DNA of 39,830 nt from Erysipelotrichaceae bacterium (lineage in GTDB: Bacteria; Bacillota_I; Bacilli_A; Erysipelotrichales; Erysipelotrichaceae): assembly GCA_045652605.1 (NCBI GenBank), contig JAZRUQ010000164.1, forward strand, positions 1-39,830. The letters run 5' to 3'. A program made the position numbers and the translations under genes. The notes beneath the pieces are model-generated. The model was not told where the DNA came from and ran no database searches. It saw only the letters and a list, made by a program, of their open reading frames with translations. Positions 16,344-24,268 of this stretch are shown here, in pieces. The stretch's first letter is position 1. The number at the start of each line of letters is the position of its first letter.

Positions 16344-17221
16344 TGGCAGCACCAAGAAAAACAGGTCTGGGACGTGGACTTGATGCCATCTTTGGAGAAG
16401 GCGTAGAAAACGTACTGGAAGATATTCAGGCTGGTAAAACTGAGCATGTCTCTTCAAAAACAGAACTTCCTGTTTCTGAAGTTCGTGCCAATCCGTATCA
16501 GCCAAGAAAAGTATTTGATGATGAAAAATTGAAGGAATTGGCTTCTTCAATTAAAGAACATGGTGTATTTACGCCAATTCTTGTACGAAAAAGTGTTCAT
16601 GGTTATGAATTGATCGCAGGTGAACGTCGTCTGCGTGCATCTAAACTTGCAGGAAAAGAAACAATTCCTGCAATTCTGGTTGAGTTCAATGATGAACAGA
16701 TGATGGAAATCGCATTGCTGGAAAACATTCAGCGTGAAGATCTCAACATCATGGAAGAAGCTGCAGCTTATTCAAAACTGATGGAACGCATGGGATATAC
16801 TCAGGAGCGCTTAGCTGAAAGAGTAGGCAAGTCTCGTGTGCATATCGCAAACACAATTCGTCTTTTAAAGCTTCCTGCATCAGTTCAGCAGCTGGTTGCA
16901 GAAGCAAAACTTTCACAGGGACATGTTCGTCCTTTGATTACGCTGGAAGATGAAGGTCTTGCATATGACATTGCGATGAAGATTGTCGATGAAGGTTTAT
17001 CTGTACGTGCAGTAGAAAAGATGGTTCGTGATGCAAAAGAGCCTAAACCTGCAAAGAAGGAAAAAGTGAAAGATCACAATCTGATCTATGTAGAAGAAAT
17101 CATGCAAAAGAAACTGCAGACAAAAGTCAAAGTAGAAGGTAAGTCTATTACAATCGCTTATCAGGATACAAAGGATTTAAATCGAATCCTTGAACTGATT
17201 GGCTGTATTGAAGAAGATTAA
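16343..17221 (+). CDS. parB: chromosome partitioning protein ParB/Spo0J
   Basis: N-terminal GLGRGLDAIFG, ParB box NPYQPRKVFD...LASSIKEHGVFTPILVR...YELIAGERRLRA, and an HTH. The ATG overlaps the parA TAA. Confidence 0.9.
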   Translation: MAAPRKTGLGRGLDAIFGEGVENVLEDIQAGKTEHVSSKTELPVSEVRANPYQPRKVFDDEKLKELASSIKEHGVFTPILVRKSVHGYELIAGERRLRASKLAGKETIPAILVEFNDEQMMEIALLENIQREDLNIMEEAAAYSKLMERMGYTQERLAERVGKSRVHIANTIRLLKLPASVQQLVAEAKLSQGHVRPLITLEDEGLAYDIAMKIVDEGLSVRAVEKMVRDAKEPKPAKKEKVKDHNLIYVEEIMQKKLQTKVKVEGKSITIAYQDTKDLNRILELIGCIEED

Positions 17222-17256
17222 AAATCTCGTAGCTTTAAACGGGATTCAGTAAAACA

Positions 17257-17288
17257 AAAAATCCTCTCTAAAAAAGAGAGGATTTTTG
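17257..17288 (+). terminator. rho-independent terminator of the par operon
   Basis: ATCCTCTCT / AGAGAGGAT stem with a 5-nt A loop, A-run before and T-run after. Confidence 0.75.
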
Positions 17289-17497
17289 CATATATAAAAG
17301 GCAGTTTATATCTTTATTGGTTTTGTACACTATGATCATTTGCCGCATTCAGGCGGTTTCAATCATCTTTTGTTTGATAGGTGCATCAACAGACAATCTC
17401 TTTATCGTTATGGATAAACAAGATGATAGTTCTAGTGTTATTACAGAGTTCTTTTTAGGAAAAAACAAGAACTCATGTTTGTATGATCGATGTATAA

Positions 17498-17540
17498 AGA
17501 AACCTCCCAGGATTTCAGAAAGGGAGGTTTCTATTTTATT
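17498..17540. terminator. strong hairpin, bidirectional terminator-like
   Basis: AGAAACCTCCC / GGGAGGTTTCT 11-bp stem, flanked by A/T runs on both sides. It directly follows the stop of the minus-strand gene 17536..17733. Confidence 0.6.
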
Positions 17541-17733
17541 GACGAGGGTCTTTTGGGGTATTTTTCTCATTCTTGTCGATGGCTGAAATCCATGTAAGAC
17601 ATGCCACAAAAAATAAAAGTGGTACAACAGCAATCGAGATATCAATTGTACCAAAACTGAGAAGCACAATTGTTCCACATACAACGGTAAGAAATCCAAA
17701 AATAAATGCAGCAATCGTAAATTTCTTTTTCAT
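17536..17733 (-). CDS. small hypothetical membrane protein (two predicted TM helices)
   Basis: 65 aa: MKKKFTIAAFIFGFLTVVCGTIVLL...IAVVPLLFFVACLTWISAI. GGAG lies 5-6 nt upstream of the ATG. Terminators flank both sides. Confidence 0.55.
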   Translation of the reverse strand: MKKKFTIAAFIFGFLTVVCGTIVLLSFGTIDISIAVVPLLFFVACLTWISAIDKNEKNTPKDPRQ

Positions 17734-17770
17734 AGTTACTCCATCATCATATTTATAAATTAGTTATATC

Positions 17771-17804
17771 ATATTTAAAAATAAAACTCCACGATGTGGA
17801 GTTT
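17771..17804 (-). terminator. rho-independent terminator of the AI-2E transporter gene
   Basis: AAACTCCAC-GATG-GTGGAGTTT-type hairpin overlapping the stop codon, with a T-rich tract downstream on the minus strand. Confidence 0.65.
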
Positions 17805-18903
17805 AGGAGGTTTGCAAAGTCTCTTTTTTGAGTACATCTTGTTTGATAAGTCGGTAAAGTGCTGCAGAGACAGGTACCCCCAGAAGCATACCTGCTATTC
17901 CCATGACACCGCCTCCGATTGTAACAGAGGCCAGTACCCAAAGTGCCGGAAGTCCAAGTGAGCTGCCGACAACCTTTGGATAAATCAGATTGCCTTCAAT
18001 CTGCTGCAGAACGACGATGAACACCAGAAACAGAAGGGACTGAAAAGGTGAAACAGTCAGAATCATGATGGCTCCAACCGCTGCACCAATGTATGCTCCC
18101 GCAACAGGAATCAAAGCAGTAAATCCAATCAGTGTACCGATCATTACAGCGTAAGGGAATTTGAAAATCATCATGCCTAAGGCACATAATGCACCCAAGA
18201 TCACAGCTTCAGTACATTGTCCAATCAGATACTTGCGGAAACAGTCATCAAAGATTCCAATGATTTCTTTACAGCGATGGTAGAATTTCGAATTCGTGTA
18301 GACCTTCAACAGACGATCAGCTTGTGTTTGAAGAGTTTCTTTATTTACTAACAGGTAGATAGAGAAAATCAAGGATACCAGCAAGGTCACAGTTGTAGAG
18401 AAGATTGATGATACAAGAGATCCAATCGTACCAAGGCCGGTAGACAATACTGGCATCAATTTATTGAGGACCCCATTCCAATCAAGCCCGGCAAGGTCGT
18501 TTGTAACATCTGTCGGAAGAAGGTTTCTGATGTTAGGATCGCTTAGAAGCTGATCAATAAATCCAGGAATTTCTGCAAACAATAGTTTCAGACACAATGT
18601 TAGTTCGGGTATGACCAGATAGAAAATTCCTGCGACAATCGCAACAAAGCTGATCATTGCCAATGTCATGCACAATGCTCTACGTGTAGAAAATTTAAGT
18701 TTCTGGAAGGTGGATTGACGTTCATAAAAGCTCATCAAAAGGTTTACGATATAGGCAATAACCAACCCAATCATAAGGGGTGATGCAGCACGTATGCTTG
18801 TCAGTGCAAGCTGTATGGCACTTGGCCAATAAGTGGTCGCAAGCCACAAACCAAATAGACAGATGCTTGCTTTTATGAATGTTTTCCAGGATAAGTTTTC
18901 CAT
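17803..18903 (-). CDS. AI-2E family transporter (PerM/YtvI-like permease)
   Basis: Multi-TM protein with the family C-terminal signature ...TALIPVAGAYIGAAVGAIMIL...VVLQQIEGNLIYPKVVGSSLGLPALWVLASVTIGGGVMGIAGMLLGVP. ATG 18903 lies 8 nt after AAAGGA. Confidence 0.85.
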   Translation of the reverse strand: MENLSWKTFIKASICLFGLWLATTYWPSAIQLALTSIRAASPLMIGLVIAYIVNLLMSFYERQSTFQKLKFSTRRALCMTLAMISFVAIVAGIFYLVIPELTLCLKLLFAEIPGFIDQLLSDPNIRNLLPTDVTNDLAGLDWNGVLNKLMPVLSTGLGTIGSLVSSIFSTTVTLLVSLIFSIYLLVNKETLQTQADRLLKVYTNSKFYHRCKEIIGIFDDCFRKYLIGQCTEAVILGALCALGMMIFKFPYAVMIGTLIGFTALIPVAGAYIGAAVGAIMILTVSPFQSLLFLVFIVVLQQIEGNLIYPKVVGSSLGLPALWVLASVTIGGGVMGIAGMLLGVPVSAALYRLIKQDVLKKETLQTS

Positions 18904-19049
18904 AAAACACATCCTTTCTAAAGTTTACATGTAAGAAGTATATTGAATTTATAAGGGAAAATCAAGATGAATGGTGATGGGAATGACAAATAAGGAAAGA
19001 TGTAATATATAAATAAATTACTTTAAATAACAGAATTAATAAAATTACT

Positions 19050-19067
19050 GATAACGATTCCCGTTAT
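19050..19067 (+). repeat. copy B of the repeat (intergenic, between the AI-2E transporter gene and mnmE)
   Basis: GATAACGATTCCCGTTAT. The flanking AT-rich bases are also similar to copies A and C. Confidence 0.8.
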
Positions 19068-19171
19068 ATTAAGTGTAATTTTTACCCAAAATTAATCATA
19101 ATTGAAAAAAATGGACAGATGTAATTTACTTGGGTTTGTGATAGAATGGGACAGAAAGTGAGGCGAAGGTT

Positions 19172-20500
19172 ATGCTGCATGATACAATAGCTGCAATCTC
19201 AACGGCAGATGTAGAAGCTGCGATTAGTATTGTCAGAATGTCAGGAGAAAATGCAATCGAAATCGCCAACGAAATATTCAGTAGAAATCTTTTAAATGTA
19301 CCGAGCCATACTGTACATTATGGGATGATTAAAGATGAAGATGAAATTGTTGATGAAGTTTTGGTCAGTGTATTCAGAGCACCTAAGACATTCACTCGTG
19401 AAGATATCGTAGAAATCAATTGTCATGGCGGTCGCATTGTAACACGTCGTGTGCTGGCACTATGTCTGGAACATGGTGCACGTCTTGCAAGAGCTGGTGA
19501 ATTTACACAGCGTGCATTTTTGAATGGACGCATTGACTTGACTCAGGCAGAGGCAATTGGTGATTTGATTCATGCGGATTCACAGCGTTCTGCAAAGATG
19601 GCCATTGGTGGTGTAAAGGGTTCAGTCAAGGGACTGATTCAGCCTGTCATTGATGAACTGCTGGAACTGATCGCAACAATTGAAGTTAACATTGACTATC
19701 CTGAATATGATGATGTGGAACAGCTTACAGATGAAATCGTACTGCCAAGAGCAGAGAAAATGATTTTAAAAATGCGAGAGATTGAACGCAAGGCAGAAAG
19801 CGGTCGTATCCTGAAAGAAGGAGTCAAGACGGTTATTGCCGGAAAGCCGAATGTAGGAAAAAGTTCACTGTTGAATGCCTTGCTGGAAGAAGAGAAAGCA
19901 ATCGTTACTGATATTGCAGGAACGACACGAGATCTTGTTGAAGGTATTATTCCATTGGAGAATGTCACACTGCATCTTTTGGATACTGCGGGTATTCGTG
20001 AGACAGAAGATGTCGTTGAAAAAATCGGGATTCAGAAAACACTTCAAGCATTGGATGAAGCAGAACTTGTGATTGTGGTGCTGGATGGAAGCCGTGCATT
20101 GGATGATGAAGATAGAACATTGCTGGAAAGAACTTCAGACATGAATCGCATTGTTGTTACCAACAAATCCGACTTAACATCGCAATTTGAAGAAGGTATC
20201 ATCATCAGTGCTGCACAGAATGATATTTCTGGTCTGATTAATGAAATCAATCAGCGTTATGAAAAACATCAGTTTGCCCTGGAAGAAGGCACACTGAACA
20301 ATGAAAGACAGATTGGTCTGATTCGCAAGGCCATCAAGGCGATGAATCAGTCCATTGATGCACTCAGGCAGGGTGCAGAGCTTGATCTTGTCACAATCGA
20401 TTTTCAGGAATGTTATATCGCATTAAAGGAAATTCTGGGTGAAGTGTCAAGAGAAGATCTGCTGGATGCAATTTTCAGCAATTTCTGCCTTGGAAAGTAG
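19172..20500 (+). CDS. mnmE: tRNA modification GTPase MnmE (TrmE)
   Basis: DTIAAISTA..., G1 GKPNVGKSSLLN, G3 DTAGIR, G4 NKSD, and a C-terminal ...FCLGK tail. Confidence 0.95.
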   Translation: MLHDTIAAISTADVEAAISIVRMSGENAIEIANEIFSRNLLNVPSHTVHYGMIKDEDEIVDEVLVSVFRAPKTFTREDIVEINCHGGRIVTRRVLALCLEHGARLARAGEFTQRAFLNGRIDLTQAEAIGDLIHADSQRSAKMAIGGVKGSVKGLIQPVIDELLELIATIEVNIDYPEYDDVEQLTDEIVLPRAEKMILKMREIERKAESGRILKEGVKTVIAGKPNVGKSSLLNALLEEEKAIVTDIAGTTRDLVEGIIPLENVTLHLLDTAGIRETEDVVEKIGIQKTLQALDEAELVIVVLDGSRALDDEDRTLLERTSDMNRIVVTNKSDLTSQFEEGIIISAAQNDISGLINEINQRYEKHQFALEEGTLNNERQIGLIRKAIKAMNQSIDALRQGAELDLVTIDFQECYIALKEILGEVSREDLLDAIFSNFCLGK

Positions 20501-20507
20501 GTACACT

Positions 20508-21275
20508 ATGATTGAGTTTCTGGATAGTCATGCCCATATTTTCTGCAAGGAATATGGGGAAGATTCGGATCAGATTATTCAACGTGCCAAAGATGCAGGT
20601 CTTACACATCTGATGTGCATCTGCTGCAGTCTTGATGAAGCAGAACGTGCTTTTGAAAAACAGAAAACAGAACCTTTTCTGGATGTGGCTGCTGGGTATC
20701 ACCCTGAAGAGGCGGATGATGTCACTGATGAGCGTATGAACAAGCTGGAAGTCATGATTCAAAGCAGAAAGCTGAAAGCTGTTGGTGAAATCGGTCTGGA
20801 TTATTATTGGCGTAAAGATAACATTGAGAAACAGAAGAAGATTTTCATTGAACAGATCAAACTTGCACAGCAATATGATCTTCCTGTTATCGTGCACAGC
20901 CGTGATGCAATCCTGGACACATTCAACATTCTGAAGGAATATCCAGTGAAAAAAACAGGAATTATTCACTGTTTCTCATCAAGTGCAGAAATGGCAAAAG
21001 AATTTGTCAAGCTTGGGTATCTGATTGCGCTGGGAGGTCCAGTTACCTTCAAAAATGCAAAAGTTCCAAAGGAAGTGGCAAAGGAAGTTCCTCTGAATCA
21101 TCTGCTGATTGAAACAGATTGTCCATATCTGACACCGACTCCACACAGAGGCAAAAGAAACGAGCCGATGTATATTCCGTTTATCGCCAATGAAATTGCA
21201 TCGATTCGTGAAATTGATTTGAAGACGCTGATGGATGCAGTACAAAAAAATTACCAGAGACTCTTTTCAAAATAG
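20508..21275 (+). CDS. tatD: TatD family metal-dependent DNase/hydrolase
   Basis: MIEFLDSHAHI (HxH metal site), GEIGLDYYW, VIVHSRDA, IHCFS and ETDCPYLTP. ATG 20508 preferred; the track ORF merely extends upstream into mnmE. Confidence 0.9.
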   Translation: MIEFLDSHAHIFCKEYGEDSDQIIQRAKDAGLTHLMCICCSLDEAERAFEKQKTEPFLDVAAGYHPEEADDVTDERMNKLEVMIQSRKLKAVGEIGLDYYWRKDNIEKQKKIFIEQIKLAQQYDLPVIVHSRDAILDTFNILKEYPVKKTGIIHCFSSSAEMAKEFVKLGYLIALGGPVTFKNAKVPKEVAKEVPLNHLLIETDCPYLTPTPHRGKRNEPMYIPFIANEIASIREIDLKTLMDAVQKNYQRLFSK

Positions 21276-21290
21276 CTGAAAGGAGCATCT

Positions 21291-21881
21291 ATGAAAAAAG
21301 GAATCATCTTGTTGATAGGATTATTGATAGGGATGAGTCTGATGAAAAAACAAGAAACTGTCGAAATGGAAGATGTAGACCGGATGGAGTGGCTTAGAGA
21401 TGGCCAGACAGCTCAAAGGAATGCAACAATACAAGTCGGCAGTTTTTTTGTGTCAGAGCGCAGTACAGTCTATGGTGCAGATTGTACAGGATGTCCTTTG
21501 AATGATGGGATAGGACTGACAAGCTCACAGATAGAGCTGAAAACAGATTCAGTCAGACAAAGCAATGGAACATGGAAAAAAGGTGTAACTTATGATGGGT
21601 ATTACTTGGTTGCTGCAGATGAGGCATTGCCGATGTGCACTGTATTGAAAGTGTCTTCTCATACTTATGAAGGTGCAGGGATAAAACGGGGTGTGCCTTT
21701 TTATGCACTGGTTGTGGACAGAGGAAGCATGATTCAGGAAAACTGTATTGATCTGTTTGCAGGAAAAGAAGATGCTCCACTCATTTTACATGACACATTG
21801 GGAGGTGCAGTGGTTGAAATTACTGGCTTTCTAAACTATGAAAAAGATGAATTCGGACGAATGAAATGTGCAGGACAATGA
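21291..21881 (+). CDS. 3D domain-containing protein (YabE-like position)
   Basis: N-terminal signal or TM segment. The C-terminal YLVAADEALPMCTVLKV...ALVVDRGSMIQENCIDLF matches the 3D (Asp-Asp-Asp) domain pattern. It lies between tatD and rnmV, as yabE does in B. subtilis. Confidence 0.7.
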   Translation: MKKGIILLIGLLIGMSLMKKQETVEMEDVDRMEWLRDGQTAQRNATIQVGSFFVSERSTVYGADCTGCPLNDGIGLTSSQIELKTDSVRQSNGTWKKGVTYDGYYLVAADEALPMCTVLKVSSHTYEGAGIKRGVPFYALVVDRGSMIQENCIDLFAGKEDAPLILHDTLGGAVVEITGFLNYEKDEFGRMKCAGQ

Positions 21882-21898
21882 ACCTGCATTTTCTTTTT
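21869..21898 (+). terminator. rho-independent terminator
   Basis: TGCAGG / CCTGCA stem enclosing the TGA stop, followed by TTTTCTTTTT. Confidence 0.55.
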
Positions 21899-21936
21899 GT
21901 AGGCAATTGTGATAAAATAGCGTCAGGGTGAAGCTC

Positions 21937-22470
21937 ATGAAAATACAGGAAGTTATTGTGGTTGAAGGAAAAAATGATACAGCAGTACTGAAAAGTTATT
22001 TTGACTGTGATACCATTGAAACTCATGGAACATGCCTGTCTGATTTTACTCTTCAATTGATTGAAAAAATGCAGAAAAAAAGAGGTGTCATCATCTTTAC
22101 TGATCCTGATTATCCAGGTGAAAGCATTCGTAAACAAATCAATCAAAGAGTAAAAGGATGCAAGAATGCTTTTGTCCCAAAAGAAATGGCAAAGACGGAA
22201 AAAAAGGTTGGGGTTGAGCATGCGTCAAAAGAAGTACTTGAAGATGCATTGAAAAATTGTGTGACTTTTGATCAAAATGAGCCGTCTATTACAATGGAAC
22301 AGTTTTATAATCTTGGTTTGTCTGGAAAAGACAACAGCGCACATCTGCGTGATGTGTTATCAAGACATTTCCATCTGGGACATTGTAACGCGAAAACCTT
22401 GTATAAAAGATTGTGCATGGCAAACATCACCTATGAAGAAGCAGAAGAAATTTGCCGGAGGGCTGTATGA
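21937..22470 (+). CDS. rnmV: ribonuclease M5
   Basis: MKIQEVIVVEGKNDT... Toprim signature and IIFTDPDYPGE. ATG 21937 lies 6 nt after AGGGTG. Confidence 0.9.
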   Translation: MKIQEVIVVEGKNDTAVLKSYFDCDTIETHGTCLSDFTLQLIEKMQKKRGVIIFTDPDYPGESIRKQINQRVKGCKNAFVPKEMAKTEKKVGVEHASKEVLEDALKNCVTFDQNEPSITMEQFYNLGLSGKDNSAHLRDVLSRHFHLGHCNAKTLYKRLCMANITYEEAEEICRRAV

Positions 22471-23333
22471 ATAAACCGATAGCAACTGTCGCAAGAACGA
22501 ATGAAATTCTAAAGCGATTTGATTTAAACGCAAAAAAGACTTTTGGTCAGAACTTTATTATTGAACCACGCATTGTAGAGAAGATAGCAGAAAGTTCACA
22601 GTGTCAGGATGGAGCTGCCATTGAAATTGGTCCTGGTATCGGAGCGCTGACTGAGCAGCTTGCCTTAAGAGCGAAACATGTCACATGTTACGAAATTGAT
22701 GAAAGATTGAAAGAAGTACTGGCCTATTCATTGGAAGAATATGACAATGTTGAAATTATTTTTGAGGATTTCCTGAATTGTGATTTAAAGACTAAAGTCA
22801 ATGAATTAAAGGAAAAGTATGGAAAGGTTGTTATTGCGGCAAACTTACCGTATTACATTACAACAGCGCTTCTGTTTAAAATCTTTGAGGCAAAAGTACC
22901 ACTGGATGCGATTACTGTCATGATGCAGAAAGAAGTTGCTGATCGTTTTACTGCAAAAGTATCAACGAAAGACTACAATGCATTAAGCATTATCTCGTCA
23001 GTTTATTATGACTGTGTACCTGTTATGAAGATTCCAAGAACAATCTTTAATCCAAAACCAAACGTAGACTCTGCGGTTATTCAGTTCAGGGTAAAGCAGA
23101 ATCCTTTGAACATCGAGGATGAGCAGGGGTTCTTTGAAATGGTGAAAGCGTGTTTCAAACAGAGAAGAAAAACCATCTACAACAACTATCGCGAATATCT
23201 CAGAGATAGTGATTTAGCTCAGGAAATTCTGCATGAAGCTGGAATTGAGCTGTCTGCCCGTGCAGAAACTTGTACAATGGAAGATTTTATCCGTTTGAAA
23301 GGGGTACAGGATGAAAAGATGAGCCTACGCTAA
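22467..23333 (+). CDS. rsmA: 16S rRNA (adenine1518/1519-N6)-dimethyltransferase
   Basis: Matches KTFGQNFI, SAM motif IEIGPGIGALT and ANLPYYITT. ATGA overlap with the rnmV stop. Confidence 0.9.
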   Translation: MNKPIATVARTNEILKRFDLNAKKTFGQNFIIEPRIVEKIAESSQCQDGAAIEIGPGIGALTEQLALRAKHVTCYEIDERLKEVLAYSLEEYDNVEIIFEDFLNCDLKTKVNELKEKYGKVVIAANLPYYITTALLFKIFEAKVPLDAITVMMQKEVADRFTAKVSTKDYNALSIISSVYYDCVPVMKIPRTIFNPKPNVDSAVIQFRVKQNPLNIEDEQGFFEMVKACFKQRRKTIYNNYREYLRDSDLAQEILHEAGIELSARAETCTMEDFIRLKGVQDEKMSLR

Positions 23334-23334
23334 A

Positions 23335-24171
23335 GTGAACCTTGGTCTGGATGTTGTATGTCGCAGAGAAGATGGCTATCATGAATTGAATATGATTATG
23401 GTACCGATTGATTTCTATGATATCGTTGAAGTCAATTTCAGTGACACCATGTCATTTACATCCAATGTTGCGTATCTGCCGACAGATGACAAAAATACAA
23501 TGCTGAAAGCAGTCAATGTGATGCGTGAACATTTTGGATTTACTGAAAACTTTGCGTTGAACTTGTCAAAACACATTCCATCACAGGCAGGACTTGCAGG
23601 TGGAAGCAGTGATGCAGCTGCAACAATGCATCTGATCAAAGAGATGCTTCATCTTGAGGCCGACGATGAAACTATGATTCAGCTGGCTAAGAAGGTAGGG
23701 GCTGATGTGCCGTTCTGTTATATGGAACAGCCTGCACAAGTCAGTGGCATTGGTGAAAAGATGGATTATTTTGATCTGGAAACTGATTTTTATCTGTTTT
23801 TAGCAAAGCCATATCGTGGTGTATCCACAAAGAAGGCTTTTGAAAGCATCAATTTCAATACATTAAGACATCCCAATATTGAAGCGTTAAGAGAAGGACT
23901 TGAAAATAGAAACTATTATCAGGTCATTGGTGCTTTAGGCAATTCTCTGGAACAGCCTGCATTTGAACTGGTTCCACAGATTAAAGAAGTAAAACATGAC
24001 CTTCTGGATATGGGATTTGACGGAGCATTGATGTCAGGTTCAGGTTCCACTGTCTTTGGTATTACAAAAGATCAGCAGCTGATGGAACGTGCTTCTGCAC
24101 ATTTCAGAAAAAAAGGATGCTTTGTACGAAAAACGCGTATTCTTCAGCCACATAAGGAACTTGAGAGATAG
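23335..24171 (+). CDS. ispE: 4-(cytidine 5'-diphospho)-2-C-methyl-D-erythritol kinase; longest uninterrupted ORF, native start apparently at 23311 and cut by a TGA at 23320-23322
   Basis: GHMP kinase motif IPSQAGLAGGSSDAAA and NLGLDVV.RREDGYHEL. In the same frame upstream, ATG AAA AGA TGA GCC TAC GCT AAA GTG reads MKR*AYAKV, which completes the conserved AxAKxNL motif. AAAGGGG lies 7 nt before ATG 23311. Confidence 0.85.
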   Translation: MNLGLDVVCRREDGYHELNMIMVPIDFYDIVEVNFSDTMSFTSNVAYLPTDDKNTMLKAVNVMREHFGFTENFALNLSKHIPSQAGLAGGSSDAAATMHLIKEMLHLEADDETMIQLAKKVGADVPFCYMEQPAQVSGIGEKMDYFDLETDFYLFLAKPYRGVSTKKAFESINFNTLRHPNIEALREGLENRNYYQVIGALGNSLEQPAFELVPQIKEVKHDLLDMGFDGALMSGSGSTVFGITKDQQLMERASAHFRKKGCFVRKTRILQPHKELER

Positions 24172-24200
24172 TTCCTTTTTATTTTTGGGTAAAAACAATT

Positions 24201-24227
24201 AAAAAGCCTATAAAAGGCTTTTTTTAT
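24201..24227 (+). terminator. rho-independent terminator
   Basis: AAAAAGCCT-ATAAA-AGGCTTTTTTT. Confidence 0.7.
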
Positions 24228-24268
24228 CGTCATAATTTGAGTAAAATAGTAACGTGGAGGACTAAGAA

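Noticed and set aside
17317-17586. 89-aa + strand ORF (and the overlapping 121-aa minus-strand ORF 17349..17714)
   Set aside because: There is no RBS, and it reads through a strong terminator hairpin and into the opposite-strand membrane protein gene. The composition looks like a translated non-coding region.
10356-23322. Genome-wide reassignment of TGA (code 4 Trp or code 25 Gly) as the explanation for the in-frame TGAs in mnmG and ispE
   Set aside because: All other long conserved genes in the window (dnaX, glmU, addA, addB, mnmE and others) are free of internal TGA, and Trp is encoded by TGG throughout. TGA also sits at sensible gene ends, some inside terminator hairpins or ATGA overlaps (8737-8739, 21879-21881, 22468-22470, 28343-28345). 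Two isolated events fit nonsense mutations, sequencing errors or local read-through better than a code change.
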